From contig JBFMEC010000004.1 of NCBI GenBank assembly GCA_040753575.1, positions 1 to 36,923 on the forward strand: DNA of 36,923 bases, in the 5' to 3' direction. The notes beneath the pieces are model-generated. The model saw nothing but the letters and a program-made list of their open reading frames with translations, was not told the origin of the DNA and ran no database searches. The translations under genes were made by a program, and so were the position numbers. Below are positions 1 to 9,397 of the stretch, in pieces (positions within the stretch are counted from its first letter, which is position 1; each line of letters starts with the position of its first letter). The DNA comes from Nitrospirota bacterium (GTDB taxonomy: Bacteria; Nitrospirota; Thermodesulfovibrionia; Thermodesulfovibrionales; SM23-35).

Positions 1-124
1 TAACCGCAGCTCACAAGTCGGCCTGTCAATCCCGATGTGGAAACCACTGACTGGAGAGCCGGATGCGGGAAACTCGCACGTCCGGTTCGGAGGGAGGGGA
101 GGCGAAAGCCTTCTCTACCCCTAT
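1..124 (+). mobile_element. Group II intron, 3' end (domains V and VI; 5' part lies outside the window)
   Basis: 56-88 GAGCCGGATGCGGGAAACTCGCACGTCCGGTTC is a canonical domain V with the AGC triad. It is followed by a domain VI hairpin GGAGGGAGGGGAGGCGAAAGCCTTCTCTACCCCTAT with a bulged A and an AT terminus at 124. Confidence 0.9.
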
Positions 125-216
125 CAGGAGGAGTGTTATTGTAAAAGACGAGTTAGATACACAACAATAGGTATCTAATATATAAGGAAATATGTTTTGA
201 TGTTTAAATTTAAGTT

Positions 217-1317
217 GTGGCAATGAAGATGAGCAATTTGCGGGTCACTTATCCAATCCCTTTATCCATAATCTTGCATATTCTTGTTTTTATGGTTGTT
301 GCCGGTATCGGCGGATTTGAATTTGTCGATTTATCTTCTAAGGAGATATTTATTACAGACATTGTTTCAGGAAAGCCAGAGATGCCACAACTTGCGAGGT
401 CGATAAAGGATAAACTTTTAAATAATCTGACGGTTACAGAAGACAAGGCAGAAGAAATAGCTGATCAGGTTGTCGAAGAACAGGTTCTTGAGGAATCCCA
501 GGAAGAGAAAGATTCTGTCACTGAGAAAGAAGCTCCTCACGCAGAGGAGAATACTTTAAAGAAGGAGAATGAAGAAAAGTCTTTGATAAATAGCCTGACA
601 GAAAAGGGAGAAAAGGAACCTGTTGTGCCGAAGACTCAAGAAAACTCGGTCAAGATATTGAAGCACGCCAAGGAGAAGCTCGATTTTGATATATACTGGC
701 TTGGAATCAATGTAGGAAAGGCAAGTCTCGAGGCCGTAAATAATAATGGAACTTTGAGAATTGTCTCGCAGATCTATTCTACCCCCTTTATATCCACATT
801 TTATAAGGTCGAGGATTATGCGGAAAGTAAGATCGTTGATGGAATGCCTGTCAACTTCAGGATCAAGCAGCATGAAGGAAGATACAGAAGTGATAAAGAG
901 ACGATATTTGATATGAACAATAGAAAAGTTTTGTTCATTAATTATCTCAAGGAAACGAAGGATGAGCATGCCATCACAAGTCCGGTTTTGTGGGATGTTA
1001 TTTCAGGCTTCTATTATTTGAGAACCCAATTTTTAGGAATGGGGAAGACTGTTTATGTCGCCATCTTTGACAGTAACAAATTTCTTAATGTTGAGGTCAG
1101 TGTATTGAGGAAAGAAAAGATCGTCCTTCCCGGCCATGGTGAAGTGGATACGTTAATAGTAAAACCGATGCTTAAATCTGAAGGGTTGTTTCAGAAAAAA
1201 GGTGATATTTTGATCTGGCTTACAGATGATGAATTAAAGATCCCTGTCAGAATCGAAACGGAGGTTTCTGTCGGAAGAGTGGTGGCTGAATTGAAGATCT
1301 TATCAACAGAGAATTGA
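217..1317 (+). CDS. DUF3108-domain protein with N-terminal membrane anchor and acidic linker
   Basis: 366-aa ORF: hydrophobic N-terminus, Glu/Lys-rich linker, and a C-terminal E.L.F.I.W.GI.VG.A...W.TDD..KIPVRI pattern typical of DUF3108. Confidence 0.75.
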   Translation: MAMKMSNLRVTYPIPLSIILHILVFMVVAGIGGFEFVDLSSKEIFITDIVSGKPEMPQLARSIKDKLLNNLTVTEDKAEEIADQVVEEQVLEESQEEKDSVTEKEAPHAEENTLKKENEEKSLINSLTEKGEKEPVVPKTQENSVKILKHAKEKLDFDIYWLGINVGKASLEAVNNNGTLRIVSQIYSTPFISTFYKVEDYAESKIVDGMPVNFRIKQHEGRYRSDKETIFDMNNRKVLFINYLKETKDEHAITSPVLWDVISGFYYLRTQFLGMGKTVYVAIFDSNKFLNVEVSVLRKEKIVLPGHGEVDTLIVKPMLKSEGLFQKKGDILIWLTDDELKIPVRIETEVSVGRVVAELKILSTEN

Positions 1318-2012
1318 TGGTCTTCATAATCCTTTTTTCATTATTTTTGTTTCCTCTCTTAGCATCCGATCCCTATATTCTAAAAAGGCAGGTAATGATT
1401 GAGCATGATATCAAGGGAAGAGGGATAAAGGATAAAAGGGTGCTTGATGCGATGGAAAAGATCCCCAGGCATCTTTTCGTTGATGAACATTTAAGGGATA
1501 GGGCCTATGGGGATTATCCACTTCCCATTGGAGAAGGACAGACAATATCGCAACCTTATGTTGTTGCCCTTATGACAGAGGCCTTAAAGTTAAAGCCAAC
1601 AGACAGAGTCCTGGAAATAGGAACAGGCTCCGGTTATCAGGCGGCGGTGCTGGCAGAAATCGTAAAGGAAGTGTATACGATAGAAATCAGGAAGTCTCTT
1701 GCCGGCAGGGCGGCAAAAAGACTTAAAGGCCTTGGTTACGGGAATATAAAAGTGAAATATGGTGATGGATATTTTGGGTGGGAGGGATTCGCACTTTTCG
1801 ATGCGATAATTATTACTGCCGCTGCAAACCATATTCCACCACCCTTGATCAAACAACTTAAAGATGGCGGGAGGCTCATAGTTCCTCTGGGAAGTACTAT
1901 CTATTATCAGACTTTAACCCTTGTGACAAAGAAAAAAGGTGAAATCAAAGTCGAACAGATGGGACCAGTGGCCTTTGTCCCGATGATCGGGGAGGCAGAA
2001 AAAGGAAGGTAA
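1314..2012 (+). CDS. pcm: Protein-L-isoaspartate(D-aspartate) O-methyltransferase
   Basis: Motifs [50 protein letters not shown] and FVPM. Confidence 0.95.
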   Translation: MMVFIILFSLFLFPLLASDPYILKRQVMIEHDIKGRGIKDKRVLDAMEKIPRHLFVDEHLRDRAYGDYPLPIGEGQTISQPYVVALMTEALKLKPTDRVLEIGTGSGYQAAVLAEIVKEVYTIEIRKSLAGRAAKRLKGLGYGNIKVKYGDGYFGWEGFALFDAIIITAAANHIPPPLIKQLKDGGRLIVPLGSTIYYQTLTLVTKKKGEIKVEQMGPVAFVPMIGEAEKGR

Positions 2013-2020
2013 AAGTATTT

Positions 2021-4402
2021 TCAGGTTGGTCTCTTCAGAAAAATTCTAATTATGCTGTAAGCCATCAGATAAGAAGCTGCGCCGAACCATAAAACCATTT
2101 TGAATCCTGTTGAAATGGCTAATAGGATAGTCAAAATAGGTGCAAGGACCGAAAGGCAACCATTTATCGCCCATGCCCAGGGAATTAAAGATTCATTCTT
2201 CTCACCGAGGATTCTTAAGCCCAGGGGAAAAGGTATTCCCATAAAAAGACCGAGTGGCATAAATATAAGAAATACTGAAGCGATCTTCAATGTTATTGGA
2301 TATGGAGAAATGACATTCGTGATAGCCGGAATAAACAAACTATAAAGGATGATAATAAAAGTGAGAACAACAATTATGTGAGGGCTTCTTAAGCATGAAA
2401 TCCTGTAGCTCAGAAGACTTCCAATGCCAGAGCTTATGAGTATTGATGTAAGGACCGTTGCCACGGCATAGGATGGGTGTTCGAGGGGCAGGATAAGCTT
2501 CTGAATTAGAGACACTTCAATAAACATAAAGCCAATGCCCAGGAAGGCGAAGTAGGGCAGTAGTTGATGTACATTTTTCCCCTTAGCCTTAACCTTAAGT
2601 TTTGTAATTGCGGGCAAAAGTATGAGAAGGAGGCTCAAAAAAAGTACCTGAACAAAAACGGCTGGAAGGATATATCCTTCCTCAATAAAATACTGCCATT
2701 TCTCTCCCATAATTTTATAAATGTCTTTGATGTTTTTTAGCTTCAAATAATAATGAAAAAAGGGACGATCATCACTAACAGGCCTTATATCAAAGATGTA
2801 ACGATTAACAAAAGAACTTCTTGTTTCAGGATTCAGGATGCTCTTAAAAGCAAAGAAATATTCATTTGAGGGCATCCGAACATAAACGTTGCTTTCCTCT
2901 TCTTTGATGCCAGGATAATATATTAAATCAAACCACATTTCTTTTGAGAATTTCTTGATGACCTCTGTCTCATTAATAGAAAGGGGAGACTTTTTTACAA
3001 GTATACATATGCTTCCCCAGGTGCGAAGGGCTACAATATGTTTTTCAACGCCCTTAATACCTGATCCCTCCAGAGATGTAACAATTGTATTTATCAGTCT
3101 GAATTCTATTCTTGGCGGCGGCAATATAAAAAGGTTTATGCTTAGAAGGCCTTCCGGTTTCAGATGGTCTATGTATTCCCTGAAGGCTTCAACCGTAAAT
3201 CTGTAGTCCTCTGATATTCCGAAAGATCCAGAGGGAACGGCTCCCATTAATGAAATATCAATAATATCAAATCTTCCAAAATCTGAACTGAGCCATGATC
3301 TTCCAAGACCCGACCATGTATTCTGTGAATAAATCCGCCCCGATAATTCACCGAGGTCTTTTTTGATCACCTCTATGAGCTGGGAATTACTTTCGATCTT
3401 ATATATATTTGAAGAACCATAATATTCGGCAACCAGTATTTGAAGTCCTCCCTTCGGGTCAAGAATTAATACGTCCTTCGTTGAACCTATCTTATAAGGA
3501 AGCGCTGACGGCAAGTACTTGAGAAATTCCAGGGGACTGCGGGAAAAAGATTTTCCCTCGCCCTTGGAGGTTATAGCATTAATGTCTCCTCCATCTATTG
3601 AAAACCCTATCTGTTCGGGAAGTGACTCAAGATACCTGAGGCTCAGGCCAGGGGCAAAACGCACTGCGCTACTTTTGAAGGTGTCTATCCTGGAGAAGGG
3701 GCTGAGATAGGTTTTAAGATGTTCGGCTCCGGGATACCTGAGGGCAACCTGAAGCCCCTTGTAGGGAGAAATCCTTATCTCTGTAAAAGATGGATCAAGG
3801 ATCAGCACAGAGAAGGTCAATAATATTGTGATCGAAGAAATAATTCTCAGTCTTTTCCCGGAGGCAATAAATGCTGAAAGGAATGCAATTGAAGAAATCA
3901 CAAAGACAGCCCTATCAGGCACCAGGATTGTTAAAAGATATAGAACTCCTAATGATCCTGTGCCAGCACCAAGAAGGTCAGCGCCGTAGAGAAGGCCTGA
4001 TTTCTCGCTTATAAAAGTAAAGGCCGTTGCAATGATCAAGCCCGTGAAGAAGAAGGGAATTGAAAGTGCAACATAATAAAAGCCGATATAAAGTAGTTGC
4101 ATTCTGTCCCAGGGGAGCCTTACCGGATCAAAGGGTATCTGATTTGAAAGAAGATAGCTTAAAGAGATACTTGTGCCGAGGAGCAGACTATAGATACCAG
4201 TGTTAGAAAGGTTTCTCAGTTTTGGATTCAGAGACAGGATTGTCCCGCTTGCACCGAGGCCAAGCATGGCGATACTTATAATCATAAATGCAAAGTGATA
4301 CCAGAGAGAAATAGAAAAGATCCTTGTAAGCGTTATTTCGTAGGCAAGGCTCGAAAGGGAAGTAAGGAATATGACAAGGAATATCCTTCGATCTTTAATC
4401 AT
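2021..4402 (-). CDS. Multi-pass membrane protein with central spermidine-synthase-like SAM-binding domain
   Basis: 793 aa with N- and C-terminal TM bundles (LAYEITLTRIFS, LYGADLLGAG, GMPFP-like GIPFPLG, WAWAINGCLSV) and central FTVEAF / DDRPFF motifs. Confidence 0.8.
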   Translation of the reverse strand: MIKDRRIFLVIFLTSLSSLAYEITLTRIFSISLWYHFAFMIISIAMLGLGASGTILSLNPKLRNLSNTGIYSLLLGTSISLSYLLSNQIPFDPVRLPWDRMQLLYIGFYYVALSIPFFFTGLIIATAFTFISEKSGLLYGADLLGAGTGSLGVLYLLTILVPDRAVFVISSIAFLSAFIASGKRLRIISSITILLTFSVLILDPSFTEIRISPYKGLQVALRYPGAEHLKTYLSPFSRIDTFKSSAVRFAPGLSLRYLESLPEQIGFSIDGGDINAITSKGEGKSFSRSPLEFLKYLPSALPYKIGSTKDVLILDPKGGLQILVAEYYGSSNIYKIESNSQLIEVIKKDLGELSGRIYSQNTWSGLGRSWLSSDFGRFDIIDISLMGAVPSGSFGISEDYRFTVEAFREYIDHLKPEGLLSINLFILPPPRIEFRLINTIVTSLEGSGIKGVEKHIVALRTWGSICILVKKSPLSINETEVIKKFSKEMWFDLIYYPGIKEEESNVYVRMPSNEYFFAFKSILNPETRSSFVNRYIFDIRPVSDDRPFFHYYLKLKNIKDIYKIMGEKWQYFIEEGYILPAVFVQVLFLSLLLILLPAITKLKVKAKGKNVHQLLPYFAFLGIGFMFIEVSLIQKLILPLEHPSYAVATVLTSILISSGIGSLLSYRISCLRSPHIIVVLTFIIILYSLFIPAITNVISPYPITLKIASVFLIFMPLGLFMGIPFPLGLRILGEKNESLIPWAWAINGCLSVLAPILTILLAISTGFKMVLWFGAASYLMAYSIIRIFLKRPT

Positions 4403-4495
4403 GCATTAAAGAAATTATAGCAATAATAGACGATTGGGTTGCTTTATATTTTTTGGATACGGGTATAATTATAAATAGCCCGGCAGGAATGAAAT

Positions 4496-5359
4496 ATGGC
4501 AAATTCCATTGCTGAAAAAATAGTCCTTTATTTAAGGATGATCAGGTTTTCCCATTCTATCTTTGCCCTTCCCTTCGCCTTCACCGGAGCAATTATAGCG
4601 GCCCATGGAATCCCTTCCCTGAGGCAGATATTTTGGATCACCGTAGCAATGGTCGGGGCAAGATCAGGGGCTATGACTCTAAACCGTATAATTGATAGGG
4701 AGATAGATAAGGCAAATCCACGGACCGCTAACAGGGAAATTCCAGAGGGTGTTATTAATGTAGGGGAAGCGGGTTTTTTTACCGGCATTTCTTTTGCCCT
4801 TCTCATTTTAGCAGCATATATGTTGAACCCCCTTTGTCTAAAGCTTTCTCCTCTGGCATTGATGATACTTTTTTTATACTCCTATACAAAGAGATTCACC
4901 TGGGTATCCCATTTTGTTTTAGGGTTAGCTTTGTCCGGGGCACCTCTGGGTGCCTGGATAGCGGTAAGGGGTACCTTTGACCCTGAAATAATTCCGATGG
5001 TAGTAGCCGTTGTATTCTGGCTGGCAGGCTTTGACACGCTTTATGCTTTGCAGGATATCGAGTTTGACAGATCTTATGGGTTATATTCTATACCGACCAG
5101 ATTTGGAATAAGAAAGGCTTTATTGTTTGCTAGGATATCCCATCTTATTACATTTCTTATGCTCACCTCCTTAGGAATTCTCTTTAGATTAGGTCTCTTT
5201 TACTGGATCGGATTGATAATTGTTGGAGGGCTTTTCATTTATGAGCATTCTCTTGTTAAAGAAGACGATCTGAGCAGACTCGATATGGCCTTTTTTAACA
5301 TGAATGGATATATAAGTATGACCGTTTTTATCTTCACGTTGCTGGATTATTTATTATGA
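4496..5359 (+). CDS. UbiA-family prenyltransferase (MqnP/4-hydroxybenzoate polyprenyltransferase-like)
   Basis: FSHSIFALPFA, NRIIDREID..NPRT, YSYTKRF, FDTLYALQD.EFD and AFFNMNG motifs. Confidence 0.9.
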   Translation: MANSIAEKIVLYLRMIRFSHSIFALPFAFTGAIIAAHGIPSLRQIFWITVAMVGARSGAMTLNRIIDREIDKANPRTANREIPEGVINVGEAGFFTGISFALLILAAYMLNPLCLKLSPLALMILFLYSYTKRFTWVSHFVLGLALSGAPLGAWIAVRGTFDPEIIPMVVAVVFWLAGFDTLYALQDIEFDRSYGLYSIPTRFGIRKALLFARISHLITFLMLTSLGILFRLGLFYWIGLIIVGGLFIYEHSLVKEDDLSRLDMAFFNMNGYISMTVFIFTLLDYLL

Positions 5360-5390
5360 AACATCTTTTTAAGGTGTGATAAAATAATTT

Positions 5391-5636
5391 ATGTCTTTGA
5401 AAGAGAGCTGTCCTGGAAGCAGAGAAATAAGGGCCCCCTATCCAGAAGAGATAAGATGTTTCTGGTGTGATACTGTATCCGAGATATGGTCCGACGAGGT
5501 GGAGATCGTCTGCAAAGGATGCGGAAGAATGATATCGCGAGACATGAAAGCCACCTGCATTGAATGGTGCCCCTTTGCGAAGGAATGTGTCGGCCTTGAG
5601 AAATATGAGAGGCTGATGAAGGGGAAAAAGAAATAA
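5391..5636 (+). CDS. Small Cys-rich, probably metal-binding protein
   Basis: 81 aa with CPG, CxxC, CxxC and CxxxC...C clusters. Confidence 0.7.
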   Translation: MSLKESCPGSREIRAPYPEEIRCFWCDTVSEIWSDEVEIVCKGCGRMISRDMKATCIEWCPFAKECVGLEKYERLMKGKKK

Positions 5637-5869
5637 ATACCATCGGGATACATTTTGATTATCTTATCCTTTAATATAACAAATAAGTAAGGCCATTAGA
5701 GCCTCCTTGATATGACAGACCCACAAATGTATTTCATTTCCTAATTATGATTGTACTAAGAAAATTGCTCCTCTGGTACGTTTGATTTTTTCTCTCTTAG
5801 CTTTCTTGGATATTTCTTAATATTTTTGAAGACATTAATAGAAATATTTTTTATAATGATTATCGTTAA

Positions 5870-6121
5870 ATGAATAAAGGAGGAATTATGGCTAACGGAA
5901 TGATTGTCACCTATGGGTGCGAAAAGTGTGGATCAGAGATAGTTATTACAAAAACAGGCGAAACCCTGCTAAGTCCTATCTACTGTTGTGGTGTGCGAGT
6001 AACAGAAATATCTACTGTTGCAAAAAAACCCGCAAAAGCGAAAGAGAAACCAATAAGAAAGGTAGTTAAAAAGGTCGTCAAAAAACCTGTGGCAAAAAAG
6101 AGGGCATCCAAAAAGAAATAA
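5870..6121 (+). CDS. Desulforedoxin-like N-terminal domain plus Lys-rich tail (likely start at ATG 5888)
   Basis: YGCEKCG...IYCCG pattern followed by KKPAK/KKVVKK repeats. AAGGAGG Shine-Dalgarno precedes ATG 5888. Confidence 0.7.
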   Translation: MNKGGIMANGMIVTYGCEKCGSEIVITKTGETLLSPIYCCGVRVTEISTVAKKPAKAKEKPIRKVVKKVVKKPVAKKRASKKK

Positions 6122-6222
6122 TAGAGGTTGATTTGCACGTTCTCTGAGACTGTCTTGAAGATTGCGGTATCATCAAAAAGAATTTATCTAATTGGCTCTG
6201 GAGTGTGCAGGTCATATAGAAT

Positions 6223-6267
6223 TGGCGGGGTGGACGGGACTTGAACCCGCGACCTCTGACTTGACAG
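6223..6267 (-). repeat. Duplicated 3' half of tRNA-Asp (att-like direct repeat of 9080-9124)
   Basis: 45 bp identical to 9080-9124 except one base; it runs from the anticodon loop to CCA. Confidence 0.92.
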
Positions 6268-6369
6268 AACAATACCGCCTTACTTACCCTTTTTTGTCAA
6301 TGGTTGATTTTATCAGGAAAACAGCTATTTATGAGGATCTACGGGTTTTTAGCCATTATTGGAGGTGAT

Positions 6370-7713
6370 TTACTCTGCCACACCACACGACATGTTCTCA
6401 GCGCCTTGTATCACCTGCAATCTCGTTATCTCATTCTTTAAGTTTTTCACGTCCTCCTTTATGTTCTTTCGATATCCAAAGTTCATCGTTGTATAAAGCA
6501 GTGGGTGCGACAAGGCGCAGCTCAACCTTTTTGCAATGGAACTTATCTTATAGAATTCCCTTCTTACCCATAGATGACCTTCCATTAGCTCTTGAGGCGT
6601 CATGTTTTTTGGTTTGAACACGACTGTGCTGTGATCATAGTATTTCCAATCTTCCGTGAGCAACCTTCCTTCTTTTTTGAATCTATCATAAATCTTAGTA
6701 CCAGGATAGGGTGTCAGGACATTAAATGAAACCGTTGCGATTTTGTTTCTCATTAAGAATTCTAACGTATCTTCAAATATGGATTTATCTTCCTCATCAA
6801 AGCCAAACACCATGGATGCATGAAAGACGATTCCATACTCTCTCACTTTTTTGATTGCATCATCGTTCGCTGAGAGTTGTTTGATGGATTTTCTCATCCG
6901 CTGTAGTGCGCTTGTTGAAACTGTTTCTAATCCGAAGAACAAAGCTACGCAGCCGCTCTGAGCAGCAAGTCTCATCAGTTCAGTATCGTTCACAAACGAG
7001 ATAGATGCCTGCCCAACCCACCGTATCTTGAGCGGCTCAAGAGCCCTGAAAAGTTCTTTTGCGTATTTCGGATTACCAATGATATTGTCATCAAGGAATA
7101 GAAATTTCTTCCCTTTGGATGCCTCAATATCGCTGACGACTTTCTCTACAGGAAGTGACCGAAGTTTCCTTCCAAAGAATTTCGGTACACAACAGAACTC
7201 GCAATCATACGGACAACCTCTCGTCGTAACTATCGGCATTACATTGAATATCCCACTGGATTTTGATGTGAGTTCTCGGCGAGGCAGCGGATAAGGGGAT
7301 ACATTAGGCTGATGCGATTTATAAAACCTTTGCAGATTCCCATGCTCAAAATCCTCGATGAGTGTTTCCCAGGTGTCCTCTGCCTCACCAATCACGACGG
7401 CGTCAGCGTACTGAATTGCTTCTTCGGGCAGGACAGTCGGATGAACGCCGCCTATCACGACGGTTCTCCCTCTTTTTCTGAATTCCGCCGCCATCCGATA
7501 AGCTCTTGGAGCATTTGAAGTCATTGTGCTGATGCCAACGATATCGCATTCCTCGTCAAGATTGACCTTCTCGAGTTCCTCTTCAACAATTTTTACATCG
7601 TAATGTGATGGCGTGAGGGATGCAATAATATTGAGTGCAATCTGCGGTATTCGAAGAGCATGCGGATAGCGGAGATGCTCATCCCGACAAGGAGAAACTA
7701 ATAATAGCTTGAT
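6370..7713 (-). CDS. B12-binding domain / radical SAM protein (frame extends 63 codons upstream of the ORF-track Met to an ATC codon)
   Basis: CPYDCEFC radical SAM motif, GGVHPT and VIGEAE B12-binding motifs. The upstream frame reads IKLLLVSP...LTPSHYDVKIVEE...DIVGIST. Confidence 0.88.
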   Translation of the reverse strand: MKLLLVSPCRDEHLRYPHALRIPQIALNIIASLTPSHYDVKIVEEELEKVNLDEECDIVGISTMTSNAPRAYRMAAEFRKRGRTVVIGGVHPTVLPEEAIQYADAVVIGEAEDTWETLIEDFEHGNLQRFYKSHQPNVSPYPLPRRELTSKSSGIFNVMPIVTTRGCPYDCEFCCVPKFFGRKLRSLPVEKVVSDIEASKGKKFLFLDDNIIGNPKYAKELFRALEPLKIRWVGQASISFVNDTELMRLAAQSGCVALFFGLETVSTSALQRMRKSIKQLSANDDAIKKVREYGIVFHASMVFGFDEEDKSIFEDTLEFLMRNKIATVSFNVLTPYPGTKIYDRFKKEGRLLTEDWKYYDHSTVVFKPKNMTPQELMEGHLWVRREFYKISSIAKRLSCALSHPLLYTTMNFGYRKNIKEDVKNLKNEITRLQVIQGAENMSCGVAE

Positions 7714-8178
7714 GCTTGGTCCTTTCTACTTTGTAATTCTTCGGAGGCAGTTTCATAGAAAACCTAAGATGTATCTGTACATGAATGTGTGCCTAACGAA
7801 CCGGAACTTAGCCACCGCGACAAGTTATTCCTTACTTAAGTTGTACCCCTAGAGCAAAACAATTCTCAGCTAACTCGTTCACTCCGAAATTATACGAATA
7901 GTTTCGTCTATCCAACCATTTTTTGGGGTTATATCCGAAGTATTTCGGATATTCCACCTATGAATTACTGGTTATAATCTACACCATTTTGACTATTTAA
8001 GAAAGTGAGAACTACAAGGAAGGAAGAACTTGGGTAAAAGACTCATTAAGTTTAGCTAAGATGACTTGGTGTAGCAAATAAGACAATTGAGAATTTTATT
8101 GCACGGCGCAATCCGGCTTTGTGAGAGGAGCCAGGGGAGGTTTTCACCTCCGTCCAGCTCGGTCCCGTACATTCAACG

Positions 8179-8595
8179 TTAGTGAACATCGCATTTGGCG
8201 CGAGGGCCGCTGATACTAATCCACATAACCATAGGATTGACATCTCCGACTTGGTCTAATGGGTCAATTTTGATTGTGTCATCAACCCCTTTTTCGGTTG
8301 CTATATATTGTGTGAAGCTACGTGAGTCGCCTGTAGGTACTCTGAATATGATCGAGTCACCGTCTTTGAATACAATGTTTATCCTATCCTCGACCGCACT
8401 GAAATTCGTTGCCAGTATGTAAAGTTGGCATTTACTTGCGCAAGAGCACGTAACATAGTCATCAGTTTGACTTGTAAAGAGTGCAAAATCTGCCCCACCA
8501 GGGGGACCAGCTTGCGCCATTCTCCCAAAGGAAATGAAAGCTGACATTAAGGCTACAATTACAACTATTATGAACTTCTTGATGTTCATATTCAT
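8179..8595 (-). CDS. Secreted hypothetical protein
   Basis: 138 aa with a signal peptide (KK, hydrophobic core, AQA) and GGAGG Shine-Dalgarno upstream. Confidence 0.75.
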   Translation of the reverse strand: MNMNIKKFIIVVIVALMSAFISFGRMAQAGPPGGADFALFTSQTDDYVTCSCASKCQLYILATNFSAVEDRINIVFKDGDSIIFRVPTGDSRSFTQYIATEKGVDDTIKIDPLDQVGDVNPMVMWISISGPRAKCDVH

Positions 8596-8714
8596 GACTT
8601 CCTCCTTTTTTGTTTTTTATCCCTCATGCCTCAACTACCTCTGAAAATTAAAAATGTAATCCTTCCTTTCTGAGCTCATAGCTCATGAGTTGATGTGTAG
8701 TGCATCGGACTAAA

Positions 8715-8790
8715 GTAAACATCTCGGATCTCGTTCTATATCCGCCGGTTTCCGCCCCCTTCTCACGGAGGGTTTAGCTTTATCGGGAGA
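8715..8790 (-). ncRNA. Putative cyclic di-GMP-I (GEMM-I) riboswitch, 3' part atypical
   Basis: Minus strand CCCGATAAAGCTAAACC-CTCC-GTGA-GAAG-GGGGCGGAAA matches the GEMM-I P2/GNRA/junction core. It lies between a sigma70-like promoter and the secreted-protein gene. Confidence 0.55.
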
Positions 8791-8807
8791 GCCTTATCTA
8801 TAACTTT

Positions 8808-8836
8808 TTTATATCAAATAGACATACCTTTGTCAA
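8808..8836 (-). promoter_or_regulatory. Sigma70-type promoter for the riboswitch/secreted-protein transcript
   Basis: TTGACA-N17-TATAAA with an extended TG. Confidence 0.6.
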
Positions 8837-9079
8837 TTTAAAGTTATTAAACAGCTATATAATATAAAAATTTGGATCAAGGCAAAATGGGAATTTACCT
8901 TATTGCTTTCTGGTTGTAATGTTGTGTGGAGGGGTAATGTTCCAGTGCCCTTAAAAGACAATAAAGAAGTAGAGAATTTGCAAGCGATCGGATGATTGGG
9001 GCTGGTTGCGAAAAAACTCTTGACAAAAATAGGGAACAATGGTTAACAACCGAAACCCATTGATTATAAAGGGGATTTA

Positions 9080-9157
9080 TGGCGGGGTGGACGGGACTTG
9101 AACCCGCGACCTCTGGCTTGACAGGCCAGCGTTCTAACCGGGCTGAACTACCACCCC
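9080..9157 (-). tRNA. tRNA-Asp(GTC)
   Basis: Cloverleaf GGGGTGGTAGTTCAG...CTGGC-CT-GTC-AA-GCCAG...GGTTCAAGTCC...CCA. Confidence 0.97.
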
Positions 9158-9238
9158 GTAGAGGCAGTCAACAGTTACTAGTGAACAGTTGTCAGTCTTT
9201 ACTGAACGCTAACCGCTATTCACTGATCACTGTCTTCA

Positions 9239-9314
9239 TGGTAGGCGGAACAGGGATCGAACCTGTGACCTCAGCCTTGTAAGGGCTGCGCTCTCCCATC
9301 TGAGCTATCCGCCC
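9239..9314 (-). tRNA. tRNA-Val(TAC)
   Basis: Cloverleaf GGGCGGATAGCTCAG...CAGCC-CT-TAC-AA-GGCTG...GGTTCGATCCC...ACCA. Confidence 0.97.
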
Positions 9315-9328
9315 ACAATAATATGACT

Positions 9329-9358
9329 ATACTATTAGAAAGCCCTCTTTAGTGTCAA
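9329..9358 (-). promoter_or_regulatory. Probable promoter of the tRNA-Val/tRNA-Asp operon
   Basis: TTGACA-N18-TAGTAT just upstream of tRNA-Val. Confidence 0.5.
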
Positions 9359-9397
9359 TCGGTTGCAGAATAGAGGTAGCGAGCCGTAGAATATTAA

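Larger units (their letters stand above)
6223..9124. mobile_element. tRNA-Asp-anchored genomic islet without an integrase
   Basis: Bounded by the 45-bp tRNA 3' direct repeat; carries two minus-strand cargo genes; no recombinase ORF inside. Confidence 0.75.

Noticed and set aside
26-223. 65-aa minus-strand ORF
   Set aside because: Antisense translation of group II intron domains V-VI.
6078-6272. 64-aa ORF / second full tRNA-Asp
   Set aside because: It overlaps the tRNA fragment, which lacks the 5' half (D-arm and acceptor 5' strand), so it is neither a gene nor a functional tRNA.
7791-8182. attC-like half sites in the tRNA islet (GTTAGGC at 7797-7791; TAAC at the stop of the 138-aa gene)
   Set aside because: Neither has a matching partner box at a plausible distance, so a complete attC cannot be supported.
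9079-9282. 67-aa ORF
   Set aside because: It is the antisense reading of the tRNA-Asp and tRNA-Val genes.
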